Positions 37,323 through 47,300 of a stretch of DNA of 64,000 nt are shown piece after piece. Made by a program: the position numbers and the translations under genes. Each line of letters opens with the position of its first letter. Within the stretch, counting starts at the first letter, position 1. Source of the stretch: Longimicrobiales bacterium (lineage in GTDB: Bacteria; Gemmatimonadota; Gemmatimonadetes; Longimicrobiales; Gaopeijiaceae); contig OZ241869.1 in assembly GCA_965202805.1 (NCBI GenBank), positions 608,001 to 672,000 of the forward strand, written 5' to 3'. The notes below the pieces were generated by a model that did not search any database, was not told the origin of the DNA, and saw nothing but the letters and a program-made list of their open reading frames with translations.

Positions 37323-38059
37323 TGCGGATCGATTAGGATTGCGCCAAGCTCGAGCACTCGTTGAGCAAGTGTCTCGTCGTCCATCTGGAACCGAATCTCG
37401 ATCCTTCGAGAACCCACTCTATCGACCCTGCCGTCGGGGAGTAGCTTCAGATCGGCGAAAGAACGCCCGTTCGCAGTGACGAACTCCTTGAGGTCATCCT
37501 CATATGTTCCGGCTTCTTCCAACAGCACCTGCATGACGGCCATTGAACGGGCGTGCGACAACCCTAGGTTCAACTCGTAAGTTCCGTCGTCGTTCGTATG
37601 CCCCTCAACGACGATCCTATTCAGTTGCTCCCGGAAATCTTGATCCTCTAGCAACAGGGGGAAGTAGTCCCTCGCGAACGAGGCCAACTCTCTCCGCCCG
37701 TCCTGTGACACTTCCGCGCTCGCCTGCTCGAAGAGCAGACTACCGGCAAAGTGGACTGTGCCCGCGGAGTCCACGGTCACTCGCATGCTGTCGTTCACGG
37801 AGTCACCGTCAAAACGCTCCCGAAGGGTGCCAACGACCCGTTGGCGGGTATCCAGTAGTTCCTTGATCGTGTCAGCCGTAGCTTCGTATACGACCAGTTG
37901 ACACTCCCGAGTACCTTGCTGAAAAAGGGCTGCCATGAGCATGAGGGCGAACACCATGAGCAATCCGGCCATGAGATCGCTGTAGCTCAGCCAATAGTCC
38001 AGCTCTGTGCCCGAAGACCCCGTGGTCGTTCGCCGTCCGAACAACGGCCGCGCCATCAT
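37304..38059 (-). CDS. zorB: ZorB (MotB/OmpA-like)
   Basis: YWLSYSDLMAGLLMVF transmembrane segment with conserved Asp; VEGHT, NLGLSHARS, SRRIEIRF. Confidence 0.88.
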   Translation of the reverse strand: MMARPLFGRRTTTGSSGTELDYWLSYSDLMAGLLMVFALMLMAALFQQGTRECQLVVYEATADTIKELLDTRQRVVGTLRERFDGDSVNDSMRVTVDSAGTVHFAGSLLFEQASAEVSQDGRRELASFARDYFPLLLEDQDFREQLNRIVVEGHTNDDGTYELNLGLSHARSMAVMQVLLEEAGTYEDDLKEFVTANGRSFADLKLLPDGRVDRVGSRRIEIRFQMDDETLAQRVLELGAILIDPQCEQTQ

Positions 38060-40437
38060 CGACTCCGCCGGCGAGGGAGCCGGAAGAGCCAACGTATGAT
38101 ACCTCGTTTGGCGGTGCGCGGTTCGGCGGGTGCACTACTCGTATCCGGGGGTACCTTCCGATCCTCCACTGTTGTCTCGGGCATCTCTCCTACAGCTCGT
38201 CCTCCCTGGGCCCCGTCGCCAGCAGGCTCCCGCGGTGATTCCTCTTGCTCCCTAGTAGGTAGCGTTAGGCCGTCGTTCGATCTCACGCCCGGAGCCTGGT
38301 CATCGTCGCGCGTCTCGGCAACCGCTCGACGGCCACGGCGCCGAGACGGCTCGGCGTTCGTAGGCGTTCTGCCAGAGTCCCCATCCATGCGCTCCGGGGG
38401 CGGAGTAATGCCACCAACCTCCCGTCTCTGTTCGCCGCTGTCAGACCATCGCTGGGATGCCGCGCGCATCGTCTGGGCCAATTCGTCGATCGAGGCACGG
38501 ACATTCTTCATGGCTTCATTCATTGGGGCCACCTTCGCCGAGACGCTGTCTAGGCGTTCGGTGGCTCTTCCCGCCGACCTAATCGTCTCGTCAGCGCTGC
38601 GCTTGAGACCAGCACTCGCATTCTGGATTGACTCGACGAAGCCACCCATGCCATTGCTGATCTCCTGTGCCCTGGCAGGAAGTGACTCGCTCGCTTGTAG
38701 GAACTCCGTCCGCCCGGTATCCAGTCGTGCGGCGATTTCCCTAGCTGTCTTCTCGAACTCCTCGAGGCCTTGAGTAAGCGATTCTTGCTGTTGCCTGCCG
38801 GCCTCTTCCAAGCGGGTTGTGACATCGACCAGGCGAGTCGCGATCCCGGGAAACTCCTCAGTAGTCTCTCGCAGTTCGGCAAGAGTCCCGCCGAGGTGCT
38901 CGGCGACCCGACCCATTTCCGAGTCGAATGAGTGAAAGACCTCGGCAATCTTCTCGGCCGCCAAGCTCCGGAATTCAAGGATCTTGTCACCCAAATCCGA
39001 TGTCAGCGCCCGGAGATCCGTCCTCAAACCATCGAGCGCGTCCCGCTGTGCCGTCCAAGATGCGAAGAGTGCCTCAGCTGCCTCCTTTTGGGCCTCCATC
39101 TGCTGCCTGGATTCCCCAACGACACCCTCGGCCTCTTCCATGGTCTGCCGAGCCGCAACCCCAGCCCGCTCGATGGCTTGCTCCGATTCGGTCAACGCGG
39201 ACAAACCCCGGTCGAACGTGGCGGCAACGTTGGCCCCCCTGTCCAACACGTCCAACTGAGTCTTGGATACTTCTTCCAACAGGAGCATGAACGCTTCAAT
39301 CTCCCCCAGTGTTGCCAACTGATGAGCGCGAGCGCTCTTTATGGCTTCCCCAAAGCGGTGCAACTCTTCGCCAACATGAGAGACCAATGTATCGCGGAAT
39401 TCCGCAGCCATCCGCTCTAGAGCGTTTGTCTGACGCTCGCCCAGCTCGAGATTCAAGCTCTCGATCGGCTTCGTGATATGCTGCTCAATCAACGGCTCCA
39501 GTGCGCCCGCCATGTCTTGCCCCAAGGTCTGTATGCCACCCTTCACGCCATCCATTGCGGTGGCTATGTGCCCTAGAGTCTCTTGCGGCTGCTCGACAGG
39601 AAACAGGCGATTTGCGACGTCAACGAAATCTGCCAGGCTGGAAGCCAGTTTGCCCTTGGCCAGCCGGAACTCGAAGATCCACCAAATGGAGCCGGAAATG
39701 CCCACTATAGACGTGGAGAACGCGGTCGACATTCCTCCCATGAGAGTGTCGATGCCCAATCTCAGGTCTTCCGCCGACGGCGCACCACCAGTGCCTCCCT
39801 CAGGAATACCAGCTAGCCCGATCGCGATCCCGACGAAGGTTCCCAAAAGGCCAACGGCAGTGAAGACGCCGGGGAGAGCATCTGGAATCGTTCCCCCTGT
39901 TCTGCTCAGAACCGACTCCCGGGTGAAAAAATCCGCAGAGGACGCGATTCCAACGGCCTGCCCTCGTTGCTCGCGACGGGTCGCGATCCAAGCCGTGGTG
40001 AACCGCTCCCACCGTTGGGAGAAACGCGGTTCTCGAGCAAACGCTCTTGGGAGTCGAGAACGATTCTTGCGCTCCGTCTTAGGTATGTCCTCCTGTTGGC
40101 TCTTGTATCGGGCCGCTTCGTTCGTTGCCGTTTGTTGCGTCACCGTGCGCTGGGATCCATCAGCACGCGTAGCCGTCTTTCCTTGAGTGTCGCGAACTCG
40201 TTGCTTCAGTTCATCCGCAGCGACGCCGAGCGTTTTCGCCGCCCGGGTGCGTGGAATCCTGTACCGGAGCATGGCCCAGGAAAACCCACTGAGGAGAAGA
40301 AGAAGGCATGTCCACGCTACGAGCGAATCCGAGTTGGAGACGGTCATGCTGGGCCCCAACCACGTCATGACCACAAGGCTCAAGATGCCGATGGAGATGA
40401 AGCCTAGGGAACTAAGTAGATTCCTGAGATAGAACAT
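38056..40437 (-). CDS. zorA: ZorA (MotA-like with long helical tail)
   Basis: LPGVFTAVGLLGTFVGIAIGL, GMSTAFSTSIVGI, followed by a long heptad-rich tail. Confidence 0.85.
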   Translation of the reverse strand: MFYLRNLLSSLGFISIGILSLVVMTWLGPSMTVSNSDSLVAWTCLLLLLSGFSWAMLRYRIPRTRAAKTLGVAADELKQRVRDTQGKTATRADGSQRTVTQQTATNEAARYKSQQEDIPKTERKNRSRLPRAFAREPRFSQRWERFTTAWIATRREQRGQAVGIASSADFFTRESVLSRTGGTIPDALPGVFTAVGLLGTFVGIAIGLAGIPEGGTGGAPSAEDLRLGIDTLMGGMSTAFSTSIVGISGSIWWIFEFRLAKGKLASSLADFVDVANRLFPVEQPQETLGHIATAMDGVKGGIQTLGQDMAGALEPLIEQHITKPIESLNLELGERQTNALERMAAEFRDTLVSHVGEELHRFGEAIKSARAHQLATLGEIEAFMLLLEEVSKTQLDVLDRGANVAATFDRGLSALTESEQAIERAGVAARQTMEEAEGVVGESRQQMEAQKEAAEALFASWTAQRDALDGLRTDLRALTSDLGDKILEFRSLAAEKIAEVFHSFDSEMGRVAEHLGGTLAELRETTEEFPGIATRLVDVTTRLEEAGRQQQESLTQGLEEFEKTAREIAARLDTGRTEFLQASESLPARAQEISNGMGGFVESIQNASAGLKRSADETIRSAGRATERLDSVSAKVAPMNEAMKNVRASIDELAQTMRAASQRWSDSGEQRREVGGITPPPERMDGDSGRTPTNAEPSRRRGRRAVAETRDDDQAPGVRSNDGLTLPTREQEESPREPAGDGAQGGRAVGEMPETTVEDRKVPPDTSSAPAEPRTAKRGIIRWLFRLPRRRSR

Positions 40438-40594
40438 CGGCTGGCTTGGCGAAGACGTTGCTCGGGGCCCGAACTATGGACGGTTCGCGGAGGCGTAGCA
40501 AGGGAGCCCGATGGTGTCGGTCAGAGCGGCTAGTGCTAGTGCTGGCGGATCTTGTCCATCAAGGCCCGATACTGGAAACGTTCACGTTCCCCCC

Positions 40595-41032
40595 TCACCC
40601 CCTCACCGGATCCATCACCCTCAGGAACGGAAACCGGTGGAACCCGGTGTCCCGCGTGCAGATCCGGCTCACCCCGTGCTCGCGCATGAGCACCGCGGTG
40701 TGCAGGTCGTACATCTGGTTCCCGCGGATGTCGGGCAGCTCCGCCACGGTCTGCTCGAGGATCGCCGCGTGACGGCGCGTCGCGACCAGCATCTCGAATC
40801 CCGGTGAGTCCACCAGCGCGGCGATGAAGCGCCGGGCCTCCCCCGGCGTCCAGGGCGAGCGGAACACCCGCCGGTGGGTGCTCACCCGCAGGAACTCGTA
40901 GCAGGTGTTCCAGGTCAGGAAGGCGGGCGACGGATCGCGCCGGGCTCTCTCGATCCAGCGGCGGCAAGGCTCACGGTACTCGGAGTCCTCGTCCGCCGCG
41001 TAGAGGAGCACGTTGGTGTCGAAAACCAGCAC
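40595..41032 (-). CDS. vapC: VapC PIN-domain toxin, copy 2
   Basis: Differs from copy 1 by 3 amino acids. Confidence 0.92.
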   Translation of the reverse strand: MLVFDTNVLLYAADEDSEYREPCRRWIERARRDPSPAFLTWNTCYEFLRVSTHRRVFRSPWTPGEARRFIAALVDSPGFEMLVATRRHAAILEQTVAELPDIRGNQMYDLHTAVLMREHGVSRICTRDTGFHRFPFLRVMDPVRG

Positions 41033-41272
41033 TCACTCGTCCTCCATCGCGCGGTAGAGCTCCTCGCGATCGCTGATGTCCACCAGCTGCCCGCCGCTGC
41101 TCCAGGAGGGCAGGGGGGGCAGGTCGCCGGTCTCTCCCCCGGCGGCGTCGGGGTCGGCGAGGACGATCCGCAGCCCCGCTTCCACCAGCGCCGTCATCGT
41201 GGTGTCGCGCCGGGCCGCCTCCTGCCGCAGGCGCCGCATGAGGGTGTCATCGAGGTTCAGGGTCGTCTTCAT
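41033..41272 (-). CDS. vapB: VapB/CopG-like RHH antitoxin, copy 2
   Basis: MKTTLNLDDTLMRRLRQEAARR...; differs from copy 1 by 2 amino acids. Confidence 0.88.
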   Translation of the reverse strand: MKTTLNLDDTLMRRLRQEAARRDTTMTALVEAGLRIVLADPDAAGGETGDLPPLPSWSSGGQLVDISDREELYRAMEDE

Positions 41273-41309
41273 ATGGATTACCATATCGTCGATATGGGAA
41301 TATGGCAAC
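41270..41309 (-). promoter_or_regulatory. vapB promoter/operator, copy C (heads vapBC-zorABCD)
   Basis: Same 40-bp motif. Confidence 0.8.
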
Positions 41310-41616
41310 GTGGCTCCCGTTTGGCACTCTCGTGACGTCGCCCCAGGGGCTGGGGAGGGAGGTGACAGCGCGGCCTACGCCCGAAAACGCTAGATTGGAA
41401 CCGCACTGCAACCCGGTGACCGCGTTGTGTCGGGGGACGCGGGACGCTGGATGCAGTATCGCTACAAGGTGGATGGCACCATAACCGGGCCGCGGTATCA
41501 CGTGTTCCGTGAAGCGGCGTTGCGTCAGGCCGCGAGGCTTGCCAACCATGAGGGCGTCCGGTTGTTCGTTTGGGAGAAACCAGACAACGGCACTTGTGGC
41601 AGAAAGGGGTGATTCC

Positions 41617-44124
41617 ATGAACGCAACGGTATTTCTCCGTTCATTCTTCCGTCCCACTTCACTCGTCGCCGCGGCGGTCCTTTCTATTCCCGCTACAACC
41701 GGCTCGACCTCGGCCCAGGAACCGCCGGACACGGTCTTCGAGGTCGAAGAGATCCAGGTGGTGGTGGGTTCGCGGGCGGGTGTCGCGGATCCCGCAACGC
41801 TTCCCGTCCCAGTGGACATCTACGGCGCCGAGGAGATCGCGCGCCTGGGGGAGATCGACCTGGCCGAAGTGCTTGGAAACATCGCACCGTCGTTCAACTC
41901 CACTCGCTTGTCCGCCGGTGATGGCGCGGCGCTTCACGTAGCCACGCTACGCGGTATGAACGGCGACCAGGTGCTCGTCCTGGTCAACGGCAAGCGGCGG
42001 CACGGGGTAGCGTTTGCGAAGGTGCTGGCGACGGCTGGACAGGGGACGACCGGTACGGACCTTCGCGCGATTCCCGTGCAGGCGATCAAGCGCATCGAGG
42101 TGCTGCGAGAGGGGGCGGCTTCGCAGTACGGCTCGGACGCCATCGCCGGTGTCATCAACATCGTGCTCAAGGACGACGCGAGCGGTATCAGCGCCTCGAC
42201 CCTCCTCGGTCGCACGTCACGCGGGGATGGCATGAGACTGATCACTTCGGCCAACGCCGGGGTTCCGCTCGGAGACGGCTTCCTCAACGTCACGATGGAG
42301 GTCGCCAGGCAGGAGGTGACCAACCGGGCGGGTGCGGCACCGACCTGCTTCGGATCCGATCCGTCCTACGGCCCCTGCGCGGACGGAGGGAAGGTGATCC
42401 AACTGCAAAGGAACGGCGAACCCGATTACCAGGGTGCGGGCTTCATGGCCAACGCGGCAGTGCCCTTCGGAGAGACAGCCGAGTTCTATGCCTTCGGAGG
42501 CTACTCGGGGCGCGAAGCGGTGTCCGACGGACTGTATCGCAAGGCTGACTGGGTGCCGCGTTCCGTCAGCCACGTCTACCCGGACGGTTTCTTCCCGATC
42601 GAGGAATCGGACCTTGCGGACAAGTCGGCTGTGGTGGGCATGCGTGGCGACATGGGCGACTGGTCCGGCGATCTCAGTCTCGGGTTCGGACACGGCCGGT
42701 TCGCCTTCGGTGCCGCGAATTCGATCAACCCGTCCTACGCAGCCGAGTTTCTGGCGAAGAACCCGGGGGCCGACGGTGCCTCCATCGCTGCCAACGCCGG
42801 ACCCCGCAACACCTTCAGCGGAGGTCTGAATGTGCGCCAGTGGACGCTGAACGCCGACGCCACGCGGGAAGTGGAAGTGGGTTCGACCCCGGCGTTCCTG
42901 GGAATCGGAGGCGCTTTCCGGCGGGATTCGTACTGGATGGAAGCCGGCGACCGCGCTTCCTGGGCGTGTGGGCCGAGCGATACGCCCGGCAGCTTTCCGG
43001 CCGCCCATCAACAGAACGACGGGACCGTCTACGCCAGCTGCGGGATACAGGGCTATCCGGGCTACAGCCCGACCTCCGCTTCGCTGAGCGAACAGGATCG
43101 CAACAGCTTCGGTGTGTACGCGGACATGGAGTTGCGCGCGTCGGGGGGCCGGACCCTGAGCGGCGCCCTTCGGTTCGAGCACTATACCGACGCCGGAAGC
43201 TCGCTTACCGGCAAGGTGGCAGGCCGGATCGGGTTGGGCGAATCGGGCGCTGCGCTACGCGGAGCCGTCTCCACCGGTTTCCGTGCACCGCGCCTTCCCC
43301 AGCGGGGTTTCAACACCATTGGCTTCGTGGGCGGCAGCGAGGGTCTGGTGAGCGCCGGCTTTCTGCCCGAAGGCGATCCCATAGCGTGCGCCGACTTCGG
43401 GGCGTGCTCGCTGAGGCATGAGACATCGCTGAGCTTCACCGGCGGGTTCGTCTATTCCAACGACGCTGGCTTGCTGGTGACGGCAGACTACTACCGGGTC
43501 GCCGTGGCCGACGCGATCGCCCTGACCCAGAGCCTCAATCCGAGTCACGGGCTTGGTCCCGGCGCCCGGTTCCAGGGCCGCCCGGTGGAGGCCGTGGCGT
43601 TCTGGACCAACGCGATCGACACGCGCACGCAGGGATTCGACCTGGTCGCGAGCTGGCGCTTCCGTGGCATGAACTGGGGGGCGGCGGATCTGTCGGCAGG
43701 CTTTCACCGCAACAGCACCGGGATCACCGCGAACCGGAACGAGAACTTCATCGGTGCCACACAGCAGACCATCATCGAGGAGGCGCAGCCCGGACGGCGA
43801 ATCGGGGTCAGCGCGGATATACGTTCCGCGCGAGGTCTCGGTGCGAGATTCGGCCTGAACCATATCGGTTCGGTCACCACCCCGTTCATCTTCGAGCAGA
43901 ACGTCACGATCGACGCGGCGGCGATCGCCGACTTGGAAGTTACCTTTCAGGTGGCCGATCGCATCCAAGTCGGCGTCGGGGTCAGCAACCTGCTGGACCG
44001 GCTGCCGAACCGGCTCCCAGACGACTCCGTGGCCCAGCTTTGGGCGATGGAGTACCCGTCCGAGTCTCCCTACGGAGTCGCAGGACGGATCTGGTACACG
44101 CGGTTCAACGTCGTCGGAAACTGA
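41617..44124 (+). CDS. TonB-dependent receptor
   Basis: Signal peptide; plug motifs LRGM..DQVLVLVNGKR and IEVLREGAASQYGSDAIAGVINIVLK; beta-barrel C-terminus. Confidence 0.92.
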   Translation: MNATVFLRSFFRPTSLVAAAVLSIPATTGSTSAQEPPDTVFEVEEIQVVVGSRAGVADPATLPVPVDIYGAEEIARLGEIDLAEVLGNIAPSFNSTRLSAGDGAALHVATLRGMNGDQVLVLVNGKRRHGVAFAKVLATAGQGTTGTDLRAIPVQAIKRIEVLREGAASQYGSDAIAGVINIVLKDDASGISASTLLGRTSRGDGMRLITSANAGVPLGDGFLNVTMEVARQEVTNRAGAAPTCFGSDPSYGPCADGGKVIQLQRNGEPDYQGAGFMANAAVPFGETAEFYAFGGYSGREAVSDGLYRKADWVPRSVSHVYPDGFFPIEESDLADKSAVVGMRGDMGDWSGDLSLGFGHGRFAFGAANSINPSYAAEFLAKNPGADGASIAANAGPRNTFSGGLNVRQWTLNADATREVEVGSTPAFLGIGGAFRRDSYWMEAGDRASWACGPSDTPGSFPAAHQQNDGTVYASCGIQGYPGYSPTSASLSEQDRNSFGVYADMELRASGGRTLSGALRFEHYTDAGSSLTGKVAGRIGLGESGAALRGAVSTGFRAPRLPQRGFNTIGFVGGSEGLVSAGFLPEGDPIACADFGACSLRHETSLSFTGGFVYSNDAGLLVTADYYRVAVADAIALTQSLNPSHGLGPGARFQGRPVEAVAFWTNAIDTRTQGFDLVASWRFRGMNWGAADLSAGFHRNSTGITANRNENFIGATQQTIIEEAQPGRRIGVSADIRSARGLGARFGLNHIGSVTTPFIFEQNVTIDAAAIADLEVTFQVADRIQVGVGVSNLLDRLPNRLPDDSVAQLWAMEYPSESPYGVAGRIWYTRFNVVGN

Positions 44125-44337
44125 ACGCGTCCCCACTATCACCGGCGTGAGGCGCGGGCCGGGGGCGGATCCTCTGGACTTGGGCCCGACGGCCAGAAAT
44201 AATCGCCGAAATCTCGCCCGGACGGTCTGATTCCTCGCCAATAAATCGGATTGGATCCGTTATTTTGGGCGGGATTGCGTTCCCCGCATCCGCCAGTGGA
44301 TACGCCATGCGAAAATCCTGGGGCTACAGGAAATTTG

Positions 44338-47300
44338 ATGAGCGCAGACGGGCATTCCAGGTCTTCTGAAAAAACTCAAACCGGGGCACCTGAGGGCTTC
44401 CTGCCTGGAGAACCCATAGCCATCGTCGGCATGGCCTGCCGGTTCCCGGGAAGCGAAAGGCTTTCCGATTTCTGGCAGCAACTGATCACCGGCGAAAACC
44501 TGGTAGTCGAGGGTCCACCCGGTTCCGTCGTCGGGCGCGCAGGCAGGCTCTTTCCGGACTCCGACGCCAAAAACGATGCCGTCCGCTTCGGCGCGTTCGT
44601 CGAAGATATAGATCTGTTCGACGCGGAATTCTTCCGCATGTCCCCTATCGAGGCCCAGATGCTCGATCCCCAGCAGCGCATGATGCTGGAGACGAGTTGG
44701 AAGGCTCTCGAAGACGCAGCGATTGACCCCGAGAGTCTTAAAGGCAGCCGCACCGGGGTCTATGCCGGCATCAGCAACAACGACTACCGGAACATGGTGA
44801 TTAACGCCCCGGAAACCGTTGAACCTGCGGGCGGTCTCTACGCCGTCACCGGCACCGCTCTCAACACCGCCATCGGCAGGGTTTCCTTTGCCTTTGGTCT
44901 GGAGGGGCCGTCCATGGCGATAGACACGGCCTGCTCATCGTCTCTGGTCGCCATCCATCAGGCTGTGGGGGGCCTACAACGCCGCGAGACGGATCTGGCA
45001 CTTGCCGGCGGCGTCCATATCTTCCTCGCCGGACGACCTCTGGAGTTGCGCGCGAATGCGGGAATGCTTTCACCAGAGGGACAGTGCAAAACCTTCGACG
45101 CCTCAGCCGACGGCTTCGTCTGCGGGGAGGGCTGCGGCTTGCTGGCTCTCAAGCGCCTCAGCGAGGCGCAAGCTGACGGTGATCGCATCTGGGCCGTCAT
45201 CCGGGGTTCCTCGGTCAATCAGGACGGCGCCAGTCAGGGCCTGACGGTGCCCAGCGGCCACTCTCAGGAACGGGCCATGGAAGAGGCTCTTGCCCGCGCA
45301 GGTGCTTCCCCCTCGGAGATAGACTATCTGGAGGCACACGGCACCGGCACGGTGGTCGGCGACCCGATAGAAGTGACTGCTGCTGCCGCGGTTTATGGAC
45401 ATGGGCGCGGAGCAGAGCATCCCCTTCTGATCGGTTCCGTCAAGACCAACATCGGACATCTGGGGCCCGCCGCGGGCGTTGCAGGCCTGATCAAAACCGT
45501 TCTGTCGATGAAGCACGGGGTGATTCCGCGGCATCTGAACTTCAAGAACCCGAACCCCCGTCTGGATTGGGACAACCTGCCCGTGCGCGTGACCGATGTC
45601 ATGATGGATTGGCCTCGCCATCCCGGCAAGCCTCTACTGGCTGGCGTGAATTCCTTCGGCTGGTCCGGAACGAACGTCCACATGGTGGTGGAAGGCTACG
45701 GAGAGCCGGAGGCTGATGCCGCCTTCGCAAGAATGTCCTCCCCGGTTGGCGCTTCATTGCCCGTCGCCATATCTCCACGCTTCGAGGAGAAACCCGGTGG
45801 GCGGGAAACCCGCTTCCTTCCTGTTTCAGCCAAGTCTCGCCAGGCACTTCGGGACACGGCCTCGCGTTATCTGTCCTGGCTCGATGAGCGCGTCGAAGAG
45901 CTTTCACCCGAATCCACAGCGGCCGACCCGACCCTTTCGGACATGGCCTGGACGGTCGCTATCGGAAGGAGTCATTTCACTCATCGCGCCGGTATCGTGT
46001 TCAGCGACCTCGCCGGATTGCGAGAAAAACTGGAGGCTCTGGCGGAGGGAGAAGGTCCGGAAGACGGTCCGGCGCAGCAGGCGAAGAGGGTGGCCTTTGT
46101 GTTTACGGGACAGGCCAGCCAATGGGTGGGCATGGGCCGGGCACTATACGAGAGGGAACCCGTGTTCCGCTCGGTCCTCGACCGCTGTGACCAACTGCTC
46201 CTGGAAGAGCGGGGCGTCTCGTTGCTGGATGTAATGTTCGGGCGGGGGGGAACCGACGGCCTGCTGGACGAGGCGGCCTGGACCCAACCCGCCATCTATT
46301 CACTGGAATGCGCTCTCGTGGCTCTTTGGGAGAGCGTGGGCGTAAAGCCGAACGCCTTGGTGGGCCACAGCCTGGGAGAGATAGCGGCGGCGCAGGCGGC
46401 TGGAGTCTTTACCCTGGAGGAGGGCCTGCGCTGCGCTGCAGTCCGGGGGGCGCTGATGGGCGCCACGCGCAGCGATGGCGCCATGGCCGCCGTGTTCGCA
46501 CCCGCCTCTCGCGTCGCGTCCATCGTGACCGAGCACAACGCCGCCTCGGACGACCTGGGGTTGAGCATCGCCGCAGACAACGGACTCCAGCAAGTCGTCA
46601 GTGGCCCTGCAAAGGATATCGAGGCGCTGCAGGATATTTTCGAGGCCGAAGGCATCAAGGTGGCGCGATTGAGGCGGAGCCCCGCTTATCACAGCGCCCT
46701 GGTGGAGCCCGCTCTGGATGATCTCGAATCTGCCGTCAGGGGTATCGCGCCCGCTCCTCCACCCCCCTCCGTGCCTCTGGTGAGCAACATTACCGGACAT
46801 CTGCTGGATGAAAACGCACGGATGGATGCCGCATACTGGCGACGGCATGCGCGTGAGCCGGTGGCCTTCCGCCAGTGTGTGGAGACCTTGGCGGAATTGG
46901 GCGTGGACGTCGTCGTGGAGATCGGTCCCCACGCCGTGCTCGGGCCGTTGGTTTCGATGACATGGCCGGAATCGGCACCCGCCGGGGGCCCGGTTGTCCT
47001 TCACAGCCTGCAACGTCCGCCGCGCGACGCCGAAGAGTCTGAGGCAGCCACCAGTGACGGCTTCGTAGAGGCGACCGCCGGAGCGTACGAGGCGGGTCTG
47101 GAGCTCGACTTCGTCGGTTTGTTCGCAGGTGAAACCCGGCGCCGGATATCGCTTCCCGGCTATCCCTTCCAGCGTGCCCGCCACTGGGTACGGACGTCGA
47201 AGCCCCGTCGACAGGCAGCTGGACATCCGCTCCTCGGTGCACGGCATGAGTCGCCCCGAGGCGAGATGACTTACGAAACGGTGGTGTTCCGCACCGATCC

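Larger units (their letters stand above)
40589..41310. repeat. 722-bp direct repeat, copy 2 (promoter + vapB + vapC)
   Basis: Matches 32109-32830. Confidence 0.95.

Noticed and set aside
32109..41310. vapBC duplication as a plain assembly artefact
   Set aside because: The copies differ at about 15 scattered positions, including amino-acid changes, and have distinct flanks. A strain chimera cannot be fully excluded without reads.
6090..41400. tRNA-anchored integrative element or prophage
   Set aside because: No tRNA, integrase, conjugation or phage structural gene was recognised in the window.
41330..41616. Riboswitch or small ORF upstream of the TonB receptor
   Set aside because: No cobalamin or TPP consensus elements visible; the short ORF has no supporting homology that I can see.
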